A stretch of DNA of 19,223 bases from Candidatus Hermodarchaeota archaeon (lineage in GTDB: Archaea > Asgardarchaeota > Hermodarchaeia > Hermodarchaeales > Hermodarchaeaceae), in contig JAEOTB010000099.1 in the NCBI GenBank assembly GCA_016840065.1, positions 1 to 19,223 on the forward strand. The letters run 5' to 3'. Numbering within the stretch: the stretch's first letter is position 1; the number at the start of each line of letters is the position of its first letter. Both the position numbers and the translations under genes were made by a program. This document shows positions 15,041 through 19,223 of the stretch, one piece after another. A model generated the notes under the pieces. That model saw nothing but the letters and a program-made list of their open reading frames with translations. It did no database searches and was not told where the DNA came from.

Positions 15041-15511
15041 CTAATCAAAACAGTCATGCCAATCCTTTGTATGGACATATTGGGCAAATTCTACAAGTAT
15101 CCTTTCCTGCCCCCTAGTTTCGATTGAGCAGGGACGATGTTGACGAATCACACGGAGTGCTTTCTCCCCATCCATCCTTTCGCTATGGATGATGTAGGCA
15201 GCAAGGAAAGTGCCGGTTCTGCCGCATCCTAAGTAGCAGTGAACGCAGACGGGTAGGCCCTTGTCGCGGCTGTCATCGACGAGTTCTATGAACCTCTGTA
15301 GCTGTTCTAGTGTTGGTGTTCCGTAGGGGGGGACATAGTAGTGGTGGTATGTGAGCCCGACGCTTGTGACGGTGGCTTCGTCGAGGGATTCGTCCATGGC
15401 TGTAACGAGTATGCGGATGCCCTTGTCGAATAGCCACTTGAGGTCTCTTCGTCCCCGGGGAAGGTTCGTTCCTGCTAATACCTTGGGAATTAGGTAACTG
15501 AAATTATCCAC
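15041..15511 (-). CDS. DUSP23-like dual-specificity phosphatase paralog A (general-acid Asp replaced by Pro)
   Basis: NFSYLIPKVLAG...P, P-loop VHCYLGCGRTG, C-terminal RQHRPCSIETRGQ. GTG after GGAGGG. Confidence 0.88.
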   Translation of the reverse strand: MDNFSYLIPKVLAGTNLPRGRRDLKWLFDKGIRILVTAMDESLDEATVTSVGLTYHHYYVPPYGTPTLEQLQRFIELVDDSRDKGLPVCVHCYLGCGRTGTFLAAYIIHSERMDGEKALRVIRQHRPCSIETRGQERILVEFAQYVHTKDWHDCFD

Positions 15512-15559
15512 TGTGGAGCCCTCCGATGAGTCGTTTCTTTTCCTTGTGTGATTCTGTGG

Positions 15560-15901
15560 TTAGGGTTCTTCGCCTTCACCGACGGGTTCTGTTCCTGTGT
15601 AGATTCGGCATCGGTCTGGGTTTACCAAGTCGATATAGGCGTATACTGGCCGTTCATTGCGTAGGAGGTCAATGAACCGTTCATAGTGGTCGGCTTCTAT
15701 GTACATTGTTGCTGTTTTACTCTTGGAGTCATAGGTGTTGCGGGGTTTTCGGCTTCGGGGGTGAAGGAAGAAGATTCGCATCGTGTCGCGTTTTGCACCA
15801 ATACAAGTGATTTGTGCACGCACTGTGACCCGATTGGGGTACTTCATTTCTCGGGCAAGGACAACAGAGTATCGTGTGATTTTGAACTTGATTTCCGTCA
15901 C
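15560..15901 (-). CDS. Conserved hypothetical protein (DLLRNE.PVY...TG.EPVGEGE motif)
   Basis: 113-aa ORF co-oriented within the phosphatase cluster. The C-terminal IDLLRNERPVY...TGTEPVGEGE motif resembles uncharacterised prokaryotic proteins I recall. No function known to me. Confidence 0.7.
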   Translation of the reverse strand: MTEIKFKITRYSVVLAREMKYPNRVTVRAQITCIGAKRDTMRIFFLHPRSRKPRNTYDSKSKTATMYIEADHYERFIDLLRNERPVYAYIDLVNPDRCRIYTGTEPVGEGEEP

Positions 15902-16000
15902 GTTATATCACATCTAATAATGCCTTCAAGGTTAAGGTAATCTGATAGTGCGACGTCTATCGTAAAAAGTGTTTAGCGCCTACTACCACACAATTTTTCT

Positions 16001-16501
16001 CTAGCTTCGTTTGGAGTGTGGCTTTCTCCGTCGAAGGCTTCTCGCGTATTCGTGGAGGAGGGCTCGCTGCTCTTTGTTGGGTTCACGCCAGCAGATGACC
16101 CGGTTGATGTGGCGTATCTTCCCACGCATAAGAGCGTACGCATCGTCGGCACTGAGGTTCTCGCTGTGGATGAGGTAGGCGGTGAGGAAGGTTCCAGCAC
16201 GTCCACATCCTGCTTTGCAGTGCACCAGAACTGACCACCCCTTGGCACGGTACTTGTCGACGAGCTTGACAAACCAGCGTAACTGATCGAGGGTGGGAGC
16301 TGTGTGATCGTCAACCGGGCAGTGATGAAGCTTCACCCCCTTGGGTTCAAGAAACTCTATTGCTCCTTCACTGAGGGGGTGCTCCGTGAGTGTTACCACC
16401 ACGCGGATTCCTTCCTTAATGATTCGTTTGTAGTGACCGCGTCGCTTAGGGATATTCGACCCTGCAAGGACCCCTTCTATTTGCCATCGAAAGTTCCTCA
16501 T
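16001..16501 (-). CDS. DUSP23-like dual-specificity phosphatase paralog B (CX5R-Ala P-loop)
   Basis: NFRWQIEGVLAG, PVDDHTAPT, VHCKAGCGRAG. Very basic. ATG is 3 nt after the stop of paralog C. Confidence 0.88.
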   Translation of the reverse strand: MRNFRWQIEGVLAGSNIPKRRGHYKRIIKEGIRVVVTLTEHPLSEGAIEFLEPKGVKLHHCPVDDHTAPTLDQLRWFVKLVDKYRAKGWSVLVHCKAGCGRAGTFLTAYLIHSENLSADDAYALMRGKIRHINRVICWREPNKEQRALLHEYARSLRRRKPHSKRS

Positions 16502-16504
16502 AGC

Positions 16505-16975
16505 TCACACCTTGGATCCTGCGAATTCACGTAATCTTTCTATTTGGGATTCGTTGGGCTCGCTGGAGGTCTGATAACCGGGTCGAAAGAGGCTACGAAC
16601 TTTAACCACGGCATCATCAACATCCATCCCCTTGTATATCAGGTAAGAAGCAAGGAATGTGCCAGTACGACCAACCCCCGCCCAGCAATGGACAGCGACG
16701 GGCCGCTTCTCTCCTTCATCACATAATCGTACGATTCTGATGAAATTCTCCAGCTGGGTTAATGTCGGTGGGTGAAAGTCCTCGACGGGAAAGTGGAAGT
16801 ATATCATTCCCAGTTTTTCCTCAAGGTACCTTACATCTTCTTTGCTTAGAGGATCTTCTGTCAAAGATACTAGGACTCGTATACCCTTACTGTGAAGGAA
16901 GTCGAGGTCCTTCAACCCCCTAGGGAGATTGGTTCCTGCAAGAAGCCCTGGTATTTGCCAACGGAAATTATCCAA
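16505..16975 (-). CDS. DUSP23-like dual-specificity phosphatase paralog C (canonical motifs)
   Basis: NFRWQIPGLLAG, PVEDFHPPT, VHCWAGVGRTG. TTG after GAGGT. Confidence 0.9.
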   Translation of the reverse strand: MDNFRWQIPGLLAGTNLPRGLKDLDFLHSKGIRVLVSLTEDPLSKEDVRYLEEKLGMIYFHFPVEDFHPPTLTQLENFIRIVRLCDEGEKRPVAVHCWAGVGRTGTFLASYLIYKGMDVDDAVVKVRSLFRPGYQTSSEPNESQIERLREFAGSKV

Positions 16976-17012
16976 TAGTATCTACCTCGGAGAACGATTA
17001 CCTACACGGAAC

Positions 17013-17030
17013 CCGATATACATATTTCGG
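17013..17030 (-). promoter_or_regulatory. BRE/TATA-like promoter of the phosphatase cluster
   Basis: Minus strand CCGAAA-TATGTATATC about 40-55 nt upstream of TTG 16975. It also forms an imperfect inverted repeat, CCGATATA-ca-TATTTCGG. Confidence 0.45.
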
Positions 17031-17096
17031 TTATATCTAGTGTCGCACAACAAGAGCCCTAGTTCTCACCTGACTCATCACCACACAGACACACAA

Positions 17097-17129
17097 GGGG
17101 ATGGAGGGGGAATGGGGGAGGAAGGGGGG
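17097..17129 (+). repeat. Four-G-run purine-rich mirror repeat (G-quadruplex/H-DNA-capable)
   Basis: GGGG-atgga-GGGGG-aat-GGGGG-aggaa-GGGGGG. Mirror symmetry about aat at 13 of 14 positions. Confidence 0.7.
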
Positions 17130-17265
17130 ATCCACAGGAAGGAGGTTGTGGTTCATCTCTTCGCGAATTTCTAAGGGTTCGAGTCAATTGATTTCCTCTG
17201 GTTCCTGTTTCTCCTATCATTTAGAATGAGACCTGTTATCAAGGCACCTAGCATATGTTTGTGTC

Positions 17266-17832
17266 TTACTTCTCTTCGGGGGTTTCATCGTAGTCTTGGG
17301 AGAAGGTCTTCTCTATCCAGCTCTTAACGCTCTGCCCCCTACCAGGACGAGCACCCCGGGTCGGGTCCTGCTCCCGCTGCTCAGCCATCTTCGGTGACAG
17401 GTCACGGACCTCTATTATGTCGCCCTCCTTGACCTCGAACTCATAAACCGTCTTGTAACCCATAGGGCGCTGGAAACCCATGTGAACATAATATTGCTGC
17501 ATGAAGTCTTTCCCTATCATTAGACGCCCTGTGAACTTGGTTTTGAGCCCGAGTCCTTCGTAGGCGTACTGGAAGAATCCTTCACTAGGACCTGCCTCTA
17601 TTCCATTGATCTTGGGGAATGTCTCGTTTCTTGTGTTGAACGCTAGGGTCTCTAGCCTTAGTTCTTCCTCTACGATCGCAAAGGTGAGTACATATCCACG
17701 CCAGCAGGCTGTGCATGACCCATGGGGTTCTAGCCCAAAGTCCTGAGGGGTTGGAAGTCCTTCGCCCTGCCTCCCTAGTAGAGCGTACTCTTCATCCTTG
17801 TACATGACATTATCAGGTATCTGTCCAGTCAA
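17266..17832 (-). CDS. Conserved hypothetical protein (CTACWRGY motif)
   Basis: Re-started at TTG 17832 after GAGGTG (MTGQIPDNVMYK). Motifs P.DFGLEP..SCTACWRGY and YVHMGFQ. Confidence 0.75.
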   Translation of the reverse strand: MTGQIPDNVMYKDEEYALLGRQGEGLPTPQDFGLEPHGSCTACWRGYVLTFAIVEEELRLETLAFNTRNETFPKINGIEAGPSEGFFQYAYEGLGLKTKFTGRLMIGKDFMQQYYVHMGFQRPMGYKTVYEFEVKEGDIIEVRDLSPKMAEQREQDPTRGARPGRGQSVKSWIEKTFSQDYDETPEEK

Positions 17833-17892
17833 GAGAACACCTCGAACAATCAAATGGATGGAGCACTACTAAAACATGTCCCTGCAATTCAG

Positions 17893-17920
17893 AAAAAAAA
17901 GAGGAGAGAGGGAGCCCCTT
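17893..17920 (-). terminator. Pyrimidine tract (CTCCTC) plus T8 terminator of the GNAT gene
   Basis: Minus strand AAGGGGCTCCCTCTCTCCTC-TTTTTTTT, about 60-87 nt after the stop at 17980. Confidence 0.6.
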
Positions 17921-17979
17921 ATCAGCATCACTGAATACCCCCAGTTATTTGATTCCGTGAAAGGTGTTTCAGGTGTTGT

Positions 17980-19176
17980 CTAGAAGTATAGGACGTTGTA
18001 GATTGGGAGTGTTGGAAACCAGCGTCGAAGAGTGTGTCTGGTCTTTTCTTCTGAGATGGCTAATTCGCCTTGAAACTCGAGTTCCTCTACTGGTTGGGTA
18101 CCATAAGCTAGGGCTGAGAAGCCTTGGATTGAGGTCTTCACCAAGGGTTGTCCTGAACTCTTCGTCAAGCGTAGGCGATTTCCTTTGGATTGGAGGGAGA
18201 ACACTCCATTATTCCATGGACAGTCGCCGTCGGTTAGCTCTAGGATAACGGTGTCGTCTCCTTCTCCGGGGAGGTTCTGAATAGCCTTTCTTGCGTCAAC
18301 TACTCGGACCATCCAGGGGGTTTTTCTTTCTGTCTTTATCCTGGTGTCACCGAACCAGTGTTCGACCTGAGCGTCGAAGGGTGCGTGGATTAGGATGTGG
18401 TCGATTTGGTCTTGGTGCTTGGCGAAGAAGCTGAAGAGCTTTTCCCGGGCTTCACGTGTCCTCCACAACACATCGATGACTGTTAGTGTTGCCTCCCAGC
18501 GACCTTTAACGCGTTCCCCCTTGATCCTGTATCGGCTTGCAGCTTGTATCTTCCCCTTCCTTTTGACCAGGACCACGATACTGTCTTTTACCCGTTGCTT
18601 CCACATGCCATCCGTGATGGATTTGAAGATGACGTAGCCGTGGTACTGGGTTGGACCCACCTCCCGTACAAAGGCTAGAAATTCCTCCTTGGTATCCACT
18701 GCTCTGAGCCGCTCAAAGGTCCAACCCTCTTTAGCTCCTCCACCCCTTGAATGGAGGAGTTTCTTTAGTGGACCTTGGACAAGATAGGGGGCAAGCGCAT
18801 TCACATAGCCAAACTTGGCGTAGAAACTCGCCTTGAAGGGGTCGAGCATACTGACGGACTGTCCCTTTTCGTGCATCTGCATGAAAGCCGCCTGCATAAG
18901 CCTACGAACATACCCTTTCGTTCTAGCCTCAGGATAGGTGGCTACACCCGCTATTCCCCCACAGTCCTTTAGCACACCCCTTACCGACTGCTGAAAATCA
19001 TGGACACGCGTAGAAGAAACCAACCGCCCACCCACAAAGACCCCCAAGGCCTCCTCCGCGACAATCTCATCAAGCTCCTCTTCCTTTACCTCCTGATCAG
19101 TCCAAAACGTATAGGCATAACGGTAAAGGTCCATAAGAGCACGACGCTCACCATCAGCAATCCTACGAATCTCCAA
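17980..19176 (-). CDS. Eis-family GNAT N-acetyltransferase (tandem GNAT plus SCP2-like domain)
   Basis: GGIAGVATYPEARTKGYVRRLM (acetyl-CoA motif A), LDPF..SFYAKFGY, WMVRVVD, DGDCPWNNGVF and a terminal Phe. Likely start TTG 19176 (MEIRRI) after GGTGG. Confidence 0.88.
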   Translation of the reverse strand: MEIRRIADGERRALMDLYRYAYTFWTDQEVKEEELDEIVAEEALGVFVGGRLVSSTRVHDFQQSVRGVLKDCGGIAGVATYPEARTKGYVRRLMQAAFMQMHEKGQSVSMLDPFKASFYAKFGYVNALAPYLVQGPLKKLLHSRGGGAKEGWTFERLRAVDTKEEFLAFVREVGPTQYHGYVIFKSITDGMWKQRVKDSIVVLVKRKGKIQAASRYRIKGERVKGRWEATLTVIDVLWRTREAREKLFSFFAKHQDQIDHILIHAPFDAQVEHWFGDTRIKTERKTPWMVRVVDARKAIQNLPGEGDDTVILELTDGDCPWNNGVFSLQSKGNRLRLTKSSGQPLVKTSIQGFSALAYGTQPVEELEFQGELAISEEKTRHTLRRWFPTLPIYNVLYF

Positions 19177-19223
19177 ACAAACCACCAAACAACCCAAAAT
19201 ACACCACCCCCAAATAAACCCCA

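Noticed and set aside
15003-15950. 10-bp inverted pair CACTATCAGA (15003) / TCTGATAGTG (15941) flanking paralog A and the 113-aa gene, as mobile-element ends
   Set aside because: Short enough to be chance, with no target-site duplication or transposase. At most these are operator half-sites.
16001-16501. Calling paralog B PTEN or Cdc14
   Set aside because: Only the HCKAG start matches. It lacks the second PTEN loop Lys, the C2 domain and the Cdc14 tandem domain.
260-18972. Numerous other 60-150-aa ORFs in the track overlapping called genes
   Set aside because: Antisense or out-of-frame overlaps with motif-supported genes, with no RBS or recognisable motifs.

Overview
Archaeal chromosomal DNA: GGAGG/AGGTGA-type ribosome-binding sites, BRE/TATA-like promoters, oligo-U terminators and N-glycosylation-rich surface proteins. 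An Asgard origin (Thorarchaeota-like) is inferred from the style of the Ig-like and surface domains; no marker gene is present to prove it. Left part (1-9.3 kb): a truncated secreted Ig/DUF11-like protein, three membrane proteins of unknown function, a membrane-anchored 7-repeat beta-propeller protein, a HEAT-repeat protein and a UPF0182-family membrane protein. Middle (9.4-14.9 kb): a quinone/sulfur redox block. menA and a long-chain-type polyprenyl diphosphate synthase are divergent from tusA plus an SQR-like flavoprotein, with a duplicated quasi-palindromic operator candidate between them, and fixCX (no fixAB) converges on the SQR-like gene. Right part (15-19.2 kb): three DUSP23-like cysteine phosphatase paralogs, two of which carry different substitutions at catalytic positions, interleaved with an unknown 113-aa protein. 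A G-quadruplex/mirror-repeat tract, a TACWRGY-motif hypothetical protein and an Eis-like GNAT follow. No rRNA, tRNA, CRISPR array or transposase was seen. The best candidates for new biology are the co-regulated menaquinone-SQR-FixCX module and the phosphatase/pseudophosphatase triad.
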